Assembly (NCBI GenBank): GCA_026991575.1
Contig: JALXBF010000133.1
Span: 1-47,272, forward strand
Direction of reading: 5' to 3'
DNA: 47,272 nt
Source of the DNA: Planctomycetota bacterium
GTDB taxonomy: Bacteria; Planctomycetota; Planctomycetia; JALXBF01
Shown here: positions 18,244 through 28,745 of the stretch, in pieces
Layout: each line of letters starts with the position of its first letter
Numbering within the stretch: position 1 is the stretch's first letter
Notes under the pieces: generated by a model
Databases searched by the model: none
The model's input: the letters and a program-made list of their open reading frames with translations, nothing else
What the model was told of the DNA's origin: nothing
Made by a program: the position numbers and the translations under genes

Positions 18244-21200
18244 CCTCAGCAGGCCCAGACAGCAGGTAGGCGATCAGATCCGCGATGTCCTTTGGTCGAA
18301 GCTGTTCTTCGAACCCCTCGGGCATCAGAGACTGACCCGAGGCAGCAATCTGCTCAATGTTGCTTCTGAGCACTGTCTCGGTCGACCCGTCCGCTTTACC
18401 CAGGGTGATTGCCGTGGCACTCTCAGAGACGATCCTGCCGTTCAGCACACGCCCATCGCGCAGGAGCACGTTGTAGGTCAGGAATTCGGGCGCGACCTCA
18501 CGGTTCGGATCGAGAATCGCGATCAGCAACGCTTCAGGATCACGGTTTCGCACGGTGTTGAGGTCCGGGCCGACCGCCCCGCCTTCGCCCCGCACCGCGT
18601 GACACTTTTCGCAGTGTTGCTTGTACAGGTCCGCGCCACGGCGAGCGTCTCCTTTGCCGATCGCGCCGGCCGCCACGTAGCGCTTCACCAACGCAGCGCG
18701 GTCCGAGCTGGTCAGGGCTGCCCCGAGCACCTGCTTAGCCCGCGCACGCACCACCGCGTCTCGAGCAGACCGCAGCCGGTTGCGCACGTCGGGGTCAAGG
18801 TCGTGAATCGTAAGTTGGCCGGAGGCTATTCCGTCCAGCAGTGCCAGGGCCCCTTCGCGCCGCGCCAGTAAACTCTCAGCCAGGGCACGCCTCACGGCCG
18901 GCGTCAGTCCGCGCCACAACGGCAGCACCGCTGCATACCAACGGTCCCGACGCACCTGGCCAGCCACCCGCACGAAATGCTGCTGAATCACGGACGGCAC
19001 CTGAGGCTGGAAGATTGCCTCTACTACGTCCGCAAGCCGCTCCGAGGGTGCATGAGCCAACAGCGTGACCTCTAGCCCACGGCCCCGGCCCTTCAGCACG
19101 CTGTCAGCTGCCAACTCCAGGAGCTGCTCCCACACAGCTAGCGCCCGCTTGCCCCCGGCCGTGCTTTCCAGGAACCGGTCCAGCGTACGGCCGCGGCGGG
19201 CGGCACCGTCGGCCAAACCTACCGCCAGCGCGTAGGATAACGCGTCAGGGGCCCGGTCGGCCAGCTCGGCCAGCAGCCGGGCCGCTTCCTTGCTGCGGTT
19301 GGCCGCAGCAAGCATCTCGGCCAGCTGCCGCGTGGACGCAACGGCAGCTTCGCTTGCGTTCCCAGAGCGCACGAGCACGGTTAGCACAGACGCCGCTCTG
19401 CTCAGCCCCGTGGTTGTGAGCTGTTCGGTCGGTGAGCAGGACGAAAGCGTGGCCGTTCTCAGCCAGCTGTCCGCTGACCCGTCGGCGAGCAGGGCGGCCA
19501 ACGCCCGGATGGCCGGTTGCGAATCGACCTGGCCAAGGCCGTAGGCGGCGTATAAACGGACGCGCGGTGCGCGATCACGTGCCGCGTCCACGAACAGCTT
19601 TGCGATGGCCGGCGAGACGGGTAGCTGCAGAGCGGCCCGCACGGCTTGTTCCCGCACTTCGGGCACGGGACATCGCGCTAGTTTCGCCAGCAGGCTCTCG
19701 TCGGCTGCGTCAAAACGGACCAGCAGCCACAGCGCCGCGACGCGCGCGGCGGGCGGCTGAGCGTCACTCAGGCACAGGCTACGCAACGGACCGGCGACGT
19801 CGCGCGCGTTGCGCTCGAAGAGCAATCGTTGAGCCGTGTCGCGCACCCAGCCCCGCGGTGATGCCAGCAGCTCGACCAGCTCGCGATTGCTTGCTCGGTC
19901 CAACCGCACAGCTCCCCCCGTAGCGGACGGCCTGGCTCGTGCCCGCACCCGCCAGATCCGGCCGCGATCTCGACCACTGGTCAGGTTCATGTGGCGCTTC
20001 ATGAACTCGGGGATCGAGGCCGGGTGTTCGACGACCTCGCGGTACATGTCGCAGATGTACAACGCGCCGTCCGGACCGTTGGCGAAGTTGACCGGTCGGA
20101 ACCAAAGGTCCTCACAGGCAAGGAACTCGCGTCCCTGCTCGACCCGCCGTGCCCGGAACGTGGTACCGAACGGCTCCAGCCGCTTGCGGTGGACGAGATT
20201 GCCCGCAACGTCACCGACGAACAGGTTCCCATAGAAGCCGTCACCGAGGGCGTCGCCACGGTAGACGGTGATGCCGGTTGCCGAGGTGAAGTAGCCGACT
20301 GCTTTGCCACCGTGTTCGATCGGGCCGGGCACGAGGCCAGCAACACGGAGCCGCGTGCGGATGACGCGCCAGGCCTCAGGGGGACTGATCCGATAAACAA
20401 CGGCCGACGCCCCTTCGACAGCGATCGAATCGACCGCACGGGTTACACGCAGGTATTGGTTCCTTGCTAGATAAGCGCGCTCCAAGACCACGAACCGCGC
20501 GTGATCTGAGTTGTTGCACACGAAGCGTCGCCCGTAATCGTCGACGCTGTGGCCAAACTGGCCGCCGCCGGTGGTGAGCTCGAACACGTCCGGGGGCATC
20601 ATGCGCACGTCGTTGCCCCCCAAGCCAATCGGTTCCCGGAACCGGAACCACCGCTGTGCACGCACCTGGCCCCCGTTTCGGCCGTTGGCGAAGTACAGCC
20701 GGCAGTCGACCGACCAGAGCAGCCCGTTGGCGAGCGCTTGGACATTCTGCGTACCAAGGCCTGTCAGCACTCGCTCACGAACCTCGGCACGGTCATCTCC
20801 GTCGCGGTCTGCGAGGAACCAGAGGTCCGGGGGGGCCAGCACGAGGATGCCATCGCGCCAGGGCTGCACGGACGTCGGCCAGTGCAGCCGGTCGGCGAAG
20901 ACCGTGGCAGTCTCATACAGGCCGTCGCCGTCGCGATCGCGGAGCAGTCGGATACGGCCAGCCTCCTCAGGGTCATCTGCCCCGAATGGATAGTCGCGCA
21001 TCTCGACGACAAAGAGTCGCCCTGCGGCGTCGAACGCAAGGTCAACGGGGTCGACGACGTTCGGCTCGGCGGCCACAAGCTCGACGACAAGTCCGTCGGC
21101 CACCTGCATCGCACGCCGCTGCTGTGCCGGGGTACGCGGCGGGATCGGTTTCAACTGCTGCGCCAACTCCTGGGCCGTCGGAAGCCGGCCTTGCTGCTGC

Positions 21201-21289
21201 TGCTGTGGCAGGTCTTGCCCCGTAGCGATGCTGCTCGGAACACGGCAAACCAGGAGAGTCACCAGGACCAGGTTCAGGCGGTAGGACAT
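18230..21289 (-). CDS. PVC-type heme-binding CxxCH membrane-bound dehydrogenase-domain protein
   Basis: Signal peptide, ELVAAEP beta-propeller, YICDMYREVVEHP, HEAT-like repeats, CEKCH, SLMPEGFE; start codon uncertain. Confidence 0.9.
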   Translation of the reverse strand: MSYRLNLVLVTLLVCRVPSSIATGQDLPQQQQQGRLPTAQELAQQLKPIPPRTPAQQRRAMQVADGLVVELVAAEPNVVDPVDLAFDAAGRLFVVEMRDYPFGADDPEEAGRIRLLRDRDGDGLYETATVFADRLHWPTSVQPWRDGILVLAPPDLWFLADRDGDDRAEVRERVLTGLGTQNVQALANGLLWSVDCRLYFANGRNGGQVRAQRWFRFREPIGLGGNDVRMMPPDVFELTTGGGQFGHSVDDYGRRFVCNNSDHARFVVLERAYLARNQYLRVTRAVDSIAVEGASAVVYRISPPEAWRVIRTRLRVAGLVPGPIEHGGKAVGYFTSATGITVYRGDALGDGFYGNLFVGDVAGNLVHRKRLEPFGTTFRARRVEQGREFLACEDLWFRPVNFANGPDGALYICDMYREVVEHPASIPEFMKRHMNLTSGRDRGRIWRVRARARPSATGGAVRLDRASNRELVELLASPRGWVRDTAQRLLFERNARDVAGPLRSLCLSDAQPPAARVAALWLLVRFDAADESLLAKLARCPVPEVREQAVRAALQLPVSPAIAKLFVDAARDRAPRVRLYAAYGLGQVDSQPAIRALAALLADGSADSWLRTATLSSCSPTEQLTTTGLSRAASVLTVLVRSGNASEAAVASTRQLAEMLAAANRSKEAARLLAELADRAPDALSYALAVGLADGAARRGRTLDRFLESTAGGKRALAVWEQLLELAADSVLKGRGRGLEVTLLAHAPSERLADVVEAIFQPQVPSVIQQHFVRVAGQVRRDRWYAAVLPLWRGLTPAVRRALAESLLARREGALALLDGIASGQLTIHDLDPDVRNRLRSARDAVVRARAKQVLGAALTSSDRAALVKRYVAAGAIGKGDARRGADLYKQHCEKCHAVRGEGGAVGPDLNTVRNRDPEALLIAILDPNREVAPEFLTYNVLLRDGRVLNGRIVSESATAITLGKADGSTETVLRSNIEQIAASGQSLMPEGFEEQLRPKDIADLIAYLLSGPAEDVAR

Positions 21290-21592
21290 CGGAGGGATCT
21301 CACACCACTTTCCGTCAGTCGATTGGTCAGTGCTTCGGCCAGTGCCCAACTAGTCATCCTACTGCGGGCAACGCAACGAACGCCATACCGGGGTGCATCG
21401 GTCACCGAACGTTTGAGCCAGCCCGATGGCAGGTCAGGCCCGGTCGGCGTTGGGCGAGCCCCGTGCCTGTTTAGGTAAGATCGGGCAGCTGCGCAGTTGG
21501 TCCCCTGGCCGCGCGGACGGGCGCTCTGGCCCGCAGGGGACACCGACAGCTGCAAGAAATCCCAGGGGCCGATTGGGACGAGAGGTGTAGCC

Positions 21593-22795
21593 ATGCAGCG
21601 GACGATGACACGCCGCCAGATGCTGCGTTTTATCGGCCAGGGTGCAGCCGCTGCCGCGCTGGCAGCTCTGCATGATCCGGCCGAAGCCATCGGCGACAAT
21701 GGCCTGGCGAGGCGGCTGAAGGTCAAGCAGATCAAGACATACGTGCTGCGCACCGGTCACACGGTCGTCGAGGTCGTGACGGATCGGGGCATACGCGGTT
21801 GGGGCGAGTGCAGTCCGATGGTGCACGGGTCGGTCTTCGCGCGGCTGATAGAGCACGCCATTGCCCCGCGTGTGATCGGTCGCAATCCGTTCGACGTGGA
21901 ACGCATCTGGCGGTCGGTGTTCTTCGGCCGTTACAAGCTTGGGCCCATGGGGGTGTACCTTGAGGCGATTGCTGGCGTGGACATCGCCCTGTGGGACATC
22001 ATGGGCAAGGCTCTGGACCTGCCGTGCTACATGCTGTTGGGTGGCAAGCTACGTGACCAAGTCCCGCTCTATGCCAGCGCCATGCGGATGCGCCGCACGC
22101 CCGAGCAGGAGGTCGAGTTCCTAAGAGGTTGGTACGAACGTGGCTTCCGTGCCGCAAAGATCCACCCGTATGAGCGATGGGCATTCAACCAGGGACGAGA
22201 CGACACGCTGGAGGTCGCCCGCGCGGTACGCGAAGCACTGCCCGGGATGGCCCTGATGGTCGACGTCAACAACGCGTACACCGTGGATCGTGCGCTGGCC
22301 GTTGGTCGGGCACTCGAGGAGCTGGGCTGCGTGCTGTTCGAAGAGCCGATCGCTGCCTACGACTACGACGGTTACGCTCGTCTTTGCGACGCGCTGGAGA
22401 TCCCCGTCGGGGCCGGCGAACAGGAGTACACGGTCTGGCAGCACAAGGACCTGATCCTGCGCGGGCGCATTGATGTGATTCAGCCCGACGTGGTCAAGTG
22501 CGGCGGTTTGACCGAGCTACGCAAGATCGGCACCCTGGCGATTGCCTTCAACCGACCGATCCGCTGCCACAACACCCAGCCCACCATCGGCACGGCTGCC
22601 CACTATCACTTCTGGGTCTCCGCGCCGATGTGCATCGTGGAGCAGGAATACCCGGCCGACTTCCACCCGCTACGCGACCGCTACCAACTGCTCACTGAAC
22701 CGCTGCCGATCAAGAACGGCAGCTTGCGGATGCCGGATCGAGCGGGCATCGGTGTGGAGCTCAACCGCAAGGTGCTAGCCGAGCTGACCGTCTAG
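21593..22795 (+). CDS. Mandelate racemase/muconate lactonizing enzyme family protein with Tat signal
   Basis: TRRQML Tat motif; GWGE, AGVDIALWDIMGK; metal ligands in MVDVN, FEEP, AGEQ; QPDVVKCGG. Confidence 0.9.
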   Translation: MQRTMTRRQMLRFIGQGAAAAALAALHDPAEAIGDNGLARRLKVKQIKTYVLRTGHTVVEVVTDRGIRGWGECSPMVHGSVFARLIEHAIAPRVIGRNPFDVERIWRSVFFGRYKLGPMGVYLEAIAGVDIALWDIMGKALDLPCYMLLGGKLRDQVPLYASAMRMRRTPEQEVEFLRGWYERGFRAAKIHPYERWAFNQGRDDTLEVARAVREALPGMALMVDVNNAYTVDRALAVGRALEELGCVLFEEPIAAYDYDGYARLCDALEIPVGAGEQEYTVWQHKDLILRGRIDVIQPDVVKCGGLTELRKIGTLAIAFNRPIRCHNTQPTIGTAAHYHFWVSAPMCIVEQEYPADFHPLRDRYQLLTEPLPIKNGSLRMPDRAGIGVELNRKVLAELTV

Positions 22796-23292
22796 CTGTC
22801 GTCGGTCGTTTTCTTGCGCCGCCGGGTCGTCCGCTTCTTCTTGGGGGTCTCCTCGGCCCCAGCCTCGTCGGCCTCCGCCGGGTCCTGCTCCGCATCGGAG
22901 GCCGACTCAGTTGGTTGGTCTTGTTCGGCGAAGATGCGGTCGATGCTTTCGAGCAACCGCTCCATGGCAAACGGTTTGCGAATGTAGTCGCGCACCCCAA
23001 GCATCTCGGCATACGCCTTGTGGCGGCTGCCTTCGTTAGCCGTGATCATGATGATTGGGGGGGCATCGGGGCGCCGCGCCATGCTCTCCAACACCGGGAA
23101 CCCGCCCCGCTTGGGCATCATCATGTCCAGGATGATCAAGTCGGGCGGATGCTGTTCGGCGATGACCTGTCCCTGGTAACCGTTCGCGGCGCAGAAAACC
23201 TCATAGCCTCGTCCTTCTAGCACGGTACGGATTGCGCCGACGATCTCCGGATCGTCATCCACTACCAGGATGCGCTTCGTTGTCATCGACAT
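22792..23292 (-). CDS. Single-domain response regulator
   Basis: ILVVDDD, LDMMMP, MITA, YIRKPF; acidic then basic low-complexity tail. Confidence 0.9.
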   Translation of the reverse strand: MSMTTKRILVVDDDPEIVGAIRTVLEGRGYEVFCAANGYQGQVIAEQHPPDLIILDMMMPKRGGFPVLESMARRPDAPPIIMITANEGSRHKAYAEMLGVRDYIRKPFAMERLLESIDRIFAEQDQPTESASDAEQDPAEADEAGAEETPKKKRTTRRRKKTTDDS

Positions 23293-23613
23293 CGCTCACC
23301 TCACCAAGGCCACTTGCCGCTGTCCTGCTTAATCCTACTGGAGTTTGCCCAATTGTCCACGCGATCGCATGCAGTCTCGCCTGCCGATCCATGCACCCGT
23401 CCGGGGCGACCGCCCACAGGAACCCCAAAGGCCTGCTGCCAGTGGACGGCCGCAGGGTGCAGGTCGCGGTGGGCCGGTTACACGGATTTTGACGAAAGTG
23501 CCGATCGGTCATCGACCGATACCGTTAGCAGGAGTCTCCTGCCGTCGCCAGTGCCGGCCCCACTTGCCCGAGAGGCGCATGCCGATGACCCGAATCGCTG
23601 GCGAACAGATCCG

Positions 23614-26600
23614 GTGACCGAGCGCGCCGAGGATGCTGCACACATCGTTCGCTACCACCGCCTGACGCTCGCCGGGTTCGGCCGCTACGAGCGGCCTACT
23701 CGGTTCGAGTTGGGGGGGCGATCGCGGGTATTCACCGCCAATAACGAGCGGGGCAAGACGACCTTCGTCAAGGGCCTGCACTACACACTGTTCGGGTCAC
23801 CGCCGGGCAAGAAGCGCGAGACATTTCGACGCAAGTACTGGCACTGGTCCAAGCCGAAGCAGTTCTGGGGTGAACTGGAGTTTACCGTCGGGACCACCGT
23901 CTGGCGCCTGCGACGCGATTTCCGGCGCGACACGGTTTGGGTTTACCGGCTTGAGAACCAGAAGGCGGAGCCTGTACTCGACGGTGTCAAGCACCGGCAG
24001 AAGACGCGCCCCGAACCGGAACACCCCTACGCGACGCTGCTCCGCGAGTGGTTTGGGCTGGACAATCCCGAACTGTTCGACGCACTCTTCTGCATCAACC
24101 AGCACTCGGCCGTGCTCCTGCGAGCCCAGATCGACGAACGGCTCTGGCAGCACGTGTACGGCAACGCAGCCCGGGAACTGGAAGCCAGACGTGAGGTGCT
24201 CTTCCAGCAATTCCGCCAGCTCACGTGTCGGACGCGCGATTTCGGCATCAGCCTCGGCAGTCGCGGTGGTCGTAACGGCCGCAACCAGGGGCGCATCGAG
24301 GAGCTGGAAGGCGAGCTGGGGCAGCTGCGGCGCGAGCTGTCTGAGTTAGACGAGCAGCACCAGCAGTTGCAGGCCCGGGTGAACGAGCTGAGTGACCGGC
24401 TTGCTCGGCTGCAGGCGTCCCGCACCGCGGCCGAACAACTACCCGGGTGGCGCCGCTGGTTGGAGCTTCAGCAAGCGCTGGTCGCCGAGGTTGCGCGCTT
24501 GGAAAAAGCCGCGCCGCTACGCGCGCACCTGGCCCAGCAGCCCGACGGTGGGCACCTGGCCTGCCAACTGGCAGAACTACTGGACGAATTGGGGTTAAGC
24601 CACGAGGACCCAGCCACGCTCGCCCATGCGGTCGACCGCTATGCGAGCTGGCGACAGGAACGCGAAGCGCTCGAAGTTGAGCTGGAGCGGCTCCAGCAAC
24701 AACGACGTTCGCTAGCAGCGGAGCTGGAGCAGCTTCGCCGCGAGTGTGAGCGGCTCAGCGATGTGGCCGGGCGTCCGGAGTTGCCCGAACAGCTGAGCCG
24801 CCTTCGCGAGCTCTCCGCCGAGCTACGGCGGCTCGAGGCCTTGCACCGCGAACTGGCTGCCCAGGCCACCGAACGCGATCGGATGGAGCAGCAGCAACGC
24901 GAAACCCTGCTGAAGAGCCTGCGCAAGTACCGGGACGCGGCCCGCCGCATCGCTGCACTGGACGAGCGGCGCCAGCAGCTGAAGACACACCTGGAAGAGC
25001 TCACCTGCCAGCTGGCCAAGTGGCAAGATGCCCTTCACCGCGCGCAAGAGGCCCACGAACGGGCAATGCAAATGCTACAAGACAACGAGGCGGCGCTCCG
25101 CTCGGCTCAAGAGGAACGCGACCAGGAACGGCGTCACCTCAGCGAACTGGAGCAGGAACTGAAGAGGCGGTTTCCCCTGCTCTGCGAGGCGCCTCCAGAA
25201 CTGCCTAAACTCTGGGACCGGCTGAGGGCCCTGCACCAGGAGCGGGAACAGATCGATCGCAGCCAGCAGCGGCTGGACGTCCAGCTCCGCGTCGCGCGGT
25301 CTCGGTTGAAGTGGCGTCGAGGATTGCTGGCTGCCGGGTCGCTGACGACACTGGCCATCGCGTGCGTCGGCCGCGACCTGATCGACTGGTCCTGCGCCGC
25401 AATTGCCCTTGCCCTGACCCGGGCCTCGGCCGGCGCCTTTCCCGTACCCAGGATCGCGATGCTCGAAGAGCAGACGGCCGAGCTGCGCCAGCAGCGGCGA
25501 ACCGTTGAACGGGAGATCGCATCGATAACCGCCATGCTCGGCGAAAGGTTCCGGCCAACTCGGGAACTGGAGACCGAAGTGCGTGCTAGCTGGGAAGATT
25601 ACCGCCGCATGGTGCAGCAGATCGAACAGCTTCGCCAGTCGATCGCACGGCGGAAGTCGTTGGCTGCCACAGAGGAACATGCCGCCTCGGTACGCCGTGA
25701 ACTGGAAGAGACGGCGGCCAGCGCCGCGGAAGAAGCTGCGGCAGCCCGCCAGCGCATCGAGGCCCTGACCGAAGAAGCCGGCCAGTGCAGGCAGGAGCTT
25801 GAACGACTGGAAGCAGAACGGCAGGACGCCGTCGGCATTTTCGGGGACGGGCGGGTCAGGACTCATGCGGCCGAACTACTCGACCAGTCCGCCGGTGCAG
25901 TCCTCTTCGAGGCAGGTTTGATTAGCCCGGACGACGACCTGGATGGTGTCATTTCAGCGCTGGCCACCATCGATGACGCGACCCTGGAGGACCTTGTCGG
26001 AAAAGCGACCGAGAAGGCAGACACCGAACTGGCGGCGACCGTTCAGTGGCGCCGAGAAGTGTGGTGGAGCTGGGTGAATCTCGGGTTCGACCGTGCTGGT
26101 TCAGACCCGGCGTCAGATCCGCCGGAGCAATTCGACGCGGATGACGCCGTCGAGGAGCTACGTCGCAGACGGGCTCAGCTTGCTGAGGCCGTGGCCCCAT
26201 TCGACGAGACAACTGACGAGGCCGACCTGCGCAAGCAGCTGGAGGAGTACGAGGCGACACGTGAGCTGGTCGCGGAGGCCGAGCGGGAGCTGCATCAGCT
26301 CGACGAGCGGATCGCCGAAACCCAGGCGCGCCTGCAAGAGTGCCTCGCAGAGTGCCCCGGGGAGGCTGACCGGCTGGAGCGGTTGCTGAACGAGTACGGC
26401 AACAGCGTCGCCGTCTTTGCCGACCATTGTGAACGACTGCAACAGTGGCGGGCCTGGTCGCAGGAGCTGGAGCGACTTGCTGACGAAGCGAAACTGACGG
26501 CAGACGAGAACTTACCCCAGCAACTGGAAGCGCTTGAGGAAACCGTTGAGCACCTTCGCGCACGGTCGCGAGCACTGCTGGAGCAGTTCCCGTTTCTGGC

Positions 26601-27267
26601 GGAAGCGCTCCAGCAGCCGCTCGACTTTGCCGAGCGTCGCGTCCGCGAGCTCGAGGAGCTTGTCGCCGGGGTGGACACGGACATGGCCGAGCAGCAAGCA
26701 GAGCTGGACCGATTACGCCAGGAGCTTGCCGACGTCACGGCCCGGCGCAACGCCCTGAACGACCGGATCCGGGCCGCGGAACGGGAGTTGGCTGCCTTGC
26801 AGGATCAGTGTGCGGCGGTGGTAGCAGCATTTCGCGAGACGAGCGATCGACTCGAAGAACTCCAGGCAGCAAAGCGACGCGAGCTGGAGGAGGCGATCAG
26901 TCGGTATTTTGCTCGGTTCAGTTGTCATCCCGAGCGTCGTGTCGTGCTGGACGAAGCGTTTCGGATTCAGATCAAAGAAGGTCCCGATCGCGTGTACTAT
27001 CCGGCCCACCTGAGTCACGGTGCCCGGGATCAGCTGTGTTTGAGTGTGTACCTTGCGCTGGCCGGCAGCCTGGATTTGCCTTTTCTTTTCGATGATCCGT
27101 TCGTGAACTGCGATCGGGAACGCCTCGAGGCGATAGCCGTGTGCTGGCAACAGCTCAGCTCCGAGCGTCAGTTCATCTTGCTGTCACACTCGGAGCAGTT
27201 TTCCGATTGGGCCGAGCCGATTGGGATTTCAGAACTCGGCGCCGGCTCGTTGCGACCGGCCGCATGA
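23614..27267 (+). CDS. SMC/Rad50-like coiled-coil ATPase (YhaN-like)
   Basis: LAGFGRY, Walker A ANNERGKTT, long coiled coils with a central hydrophobic hairpin, signature LSHGARDQ, Walker B/D-loop FLFDDPFVNCD, H-loop LLSH; start (GTG 23614) inferred. Confidence 0.85.
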   Translation: MTERAEDAAHIVRYHRLTLAGFGRYERPTRFELGGRSRVFTANNERGKTTFVKGLHYTLFGSPPGKKRETFRRKYWHWSKPKQFWGELEFTVGTTVWRLRRDFRRDTVWVYRLENQKAEPVLDGVKHRQKTRPEPEHPYATLLREWFGLDNPELFDALFCINQHSAVLLRAQIDERLWQHVYGNAARELEARREVLFQQFRQLTCRTRDFGISLGSRGGRNGRNQGRIEELEGELGQLRRELSELDEQHQQLQARVNELSDRLARLQASRTAAEQLPGWRRWLELQQALVAEVARLEKAAPLRAHLAQQPDGGHLACQLAELLDELGLSHEDPATLAHAVDRYASWRQEREALEVELERLQQQRRSLAAELEQLRRECERLSDVAGRPELPEQLSRLRELSAELRRLEALHRELAAQATERDRMEQQQRETLLKSLRKYRDAARRIAALDERRQQLKTHLEELTCQLAKWQDALHRAQEAHERAMQMLQDNEAALRSAQEERDQERRHLSELEQELKRRFPLLCEAPPELPKLWDRLRALHQEREQIDRSQQRLDVQLRVARSRLKWRRGLLAAGSLTTLAIACVGRDLIDWSCAAIALALTRASAGAFPVPRIAMLEEQTAELRQQRRTVEREIASITAMLGERFRPTRELETEVRASWEDYRRMVQQIEQLRQSIARRKSLAATEEHAASVRRELEETAASAAEEAAAARQRIEALTEEAGQCRQELERLEAERQDAVGIFGDGRVRTHAAELLDQSAGAVLFEAGLISPDDDLDGVISALATIDDATLEDLVGKATEKADTELAATVQWRREVWWSWVNLGFDRAGSDPASDPPEQFDADDAVEELRRRRAQLAEAVAPFDETTDEADLRKQLEEYEATRELVAEAERELHQLDERIAETQARLQECLAECPGEADRLERLLNEYGNSVAVFADHCERLQQWRAWSQELERLADEAKLTADENLPQQLEALEETVEHLRARSRALLEQFPFLAEALQQPLDFAERRVRELEELVAGVDTDMAEQQAELDRLRQELADVTARRNALNDRIRAAERELAALQDQCAAVVAAFRETSDRLEELQAAKRRELEEAISRYFARFSCHPERRVVLDEAFRIQIKEGPDRVYYPAHLSHGARDQLCLSVYLALAGSLDLPFLFDDPFVNCDRERLEAIAVCWQQLSSERQFILLSHSEQFSDWAEPIGISELGAGSLRPAA

Positions 27268-27412
27268 GCTTGTCTCTCTGGGCTCCGTGGTCAGGAGCGC
27301 GCAAGCTGCTCTGGACGGGCGTGCCTTCGGTAGGTATCCTCCCGCTGTGCAGCAGCAAGAAAGAACATGTCGCGGCTGCACAGGCCACGTTGCAGACGGC
27401 ACGGAGGCACGT

Positions 27413-28636
27413 ATGGCGTTCCTTTCCTGGGCAAAGCAGCTCGGCCAGCTAGCGGCTTTGACCGTTTCGGCGGTCGCTCTATCCTGCTCGCTCTGGACGG
27501 CCGCGACAGCGGCAGCAGGCAGTGGACGGCCCACCGTCTGGAAGCCAGCTCCGCCGAAGGGAACCAGGGCGTACGCGCCGCACTTCCGCTGGAGTGGTGC
27601 TCGCCAGGAACCCCCCGCAGCCGTCTCCCCTCGGTTCCACTACACCTCGTTCCGCGACGATGGTTCTGGCGGGCCCCCGGCGGCAGCAGCGCGGGGGGCA
27701 CCGGTCGTGTGGCGCAAGCATGACATCGGACCGGCGGTGCAACGGCTGGATGCCACGGCCGACAGGGATCTGCTTGCCGTGTGGGTTCATGAATTTGCGG
27801 CACTGGAACTCTCCAGTGCGCGTTCGGCGAAAGTTGTGGTCGACGGCGACAAGCTCCTGGTTCGTGGCACGCCCGCCGTACAGCGCGTTGTGGAACGCCT
27901 GGTCAGTCAACTGAATCGATCGCCTGCTGACCACGTTGTCGTGCACCTTCAGATTACCGATGCGGTCGACCCGTCCTGGCGGCGGAGCCTGCTGCGCGAT
28001 ATTGGCCTGCCACGCACCGGACCGGACGGGCAGATGTTGTGGCAGATGACGACGGGGCAGAGCAACGTGCTCCGCGCGGAGCTAGCCGCGCAGCGTCGGC
28101 GGACGGCCGACATCGTCGCGGGCAGTTACCAGCTTCGCCACGGGGTACCGGCCGTGATCGAGTACACACTACCCGTCCCATATGTGAAAGGGATCCAACC
28201 CGACAGGTCCGCCACACTGCCCGGCTACGCGCCGGTCATGGACCAGGTGGAGCAGGGGTTGAAGCTGGTGCTCTTGCCCGTGTGGCGCGACGACCTGACA
28301 GGCGTGGACCTCCTGTGCCGGGCGGAGCTGCGCTCTGTGCGTAGGATCACCTCGGTGAACACCACGCTTCAGGTGCCGGGTGGCGCCCAACCGGTCAGCG
28401 TGCACGTGCCCGAGGTTCAGTCGGTCCGCTGGCAAGTCGCTATTCCGTGGCGGGCTGCGCGCACGGTGGTCATGAGTCTGGGCATCCACCCCTCGCTGCA
28501 AACTTCACCGCCGACCGGTTCGCTCCCTGCGCTCACTCGCCCAGCCGGCGAGGTGCTGGTCATAGCAAGTCTGCGGCCCCCGCTCCAGACTGCTCGACGC
28601 GTTCAGCCATCGGCAGGCGGCTGGCGCCGCCGCTAG
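27413..28636 (+). CDS. Exported hypothetical protein (planctomycete type, NolW-like segment)
   Basis: ATG 27413 after GGAGG; signal peptide; VVVDGDKLLVRGTPAVQRVVERLV; beta-rich C-terminus. Confidence 0.6.
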   Translation: MAFLSWAKQLGQLAALTVSAVALSCSLWTAATAAAGSGRPTVWKPAPPKGTRAYAPHFRWSGARQEPPAAVSPRFHYTSFRDDGSGGPPAAAARGAPVVWRKHDIGPAVQRLDATADRDLLAVWVHEFAALELSSARSAKVVVDGDKLLVRGTPAVQRVVERLVSQLNRSPADHVVVHLQITDAVDPSWRRSLLRDIGLPRTGPDGQMLWQMTTGQSNVLRAELAAQRRRTADIVAGSYQLRHGVPAVIEYTLPVPYVKGIQPDRSATLPGYAPVMDQVEQGLKLVLLPVWRDDLTGVDLLCRAELRSVRRITSVNTTLQVPGGAQPVSVHVPEVQSVRWQVAIPWRAARTVVMSLGIHPSLQTSPPTGSLPALTRPAGEVLVIASLRPPLQTARRVQPSAGGWRRR

Positions 28637-28745
28637 TGCCCGTCGAGCCGCTTGCGCGGGACCCAGGCCCCTTGCAGAGCCGGTCCTTACTTCTGGCCCG
28701 CCCGGCCCAGCCCCCCCTGCCGCTACGCCGCCAGTCGCGAGCCGG

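Noticed and set aside
23314..23613. 100-aa N-terminal extension of the SMC-like ORF
   Set aside because: Non-protein-like sequence covering the divergent promoter region; family similarity starts near 23644
23614..27267. Wadjet or Lamassu defence system
   Set aside because: No kleisin, KITE, JetD or effector gene adjacent; motifs fit YhaN-like ATPases
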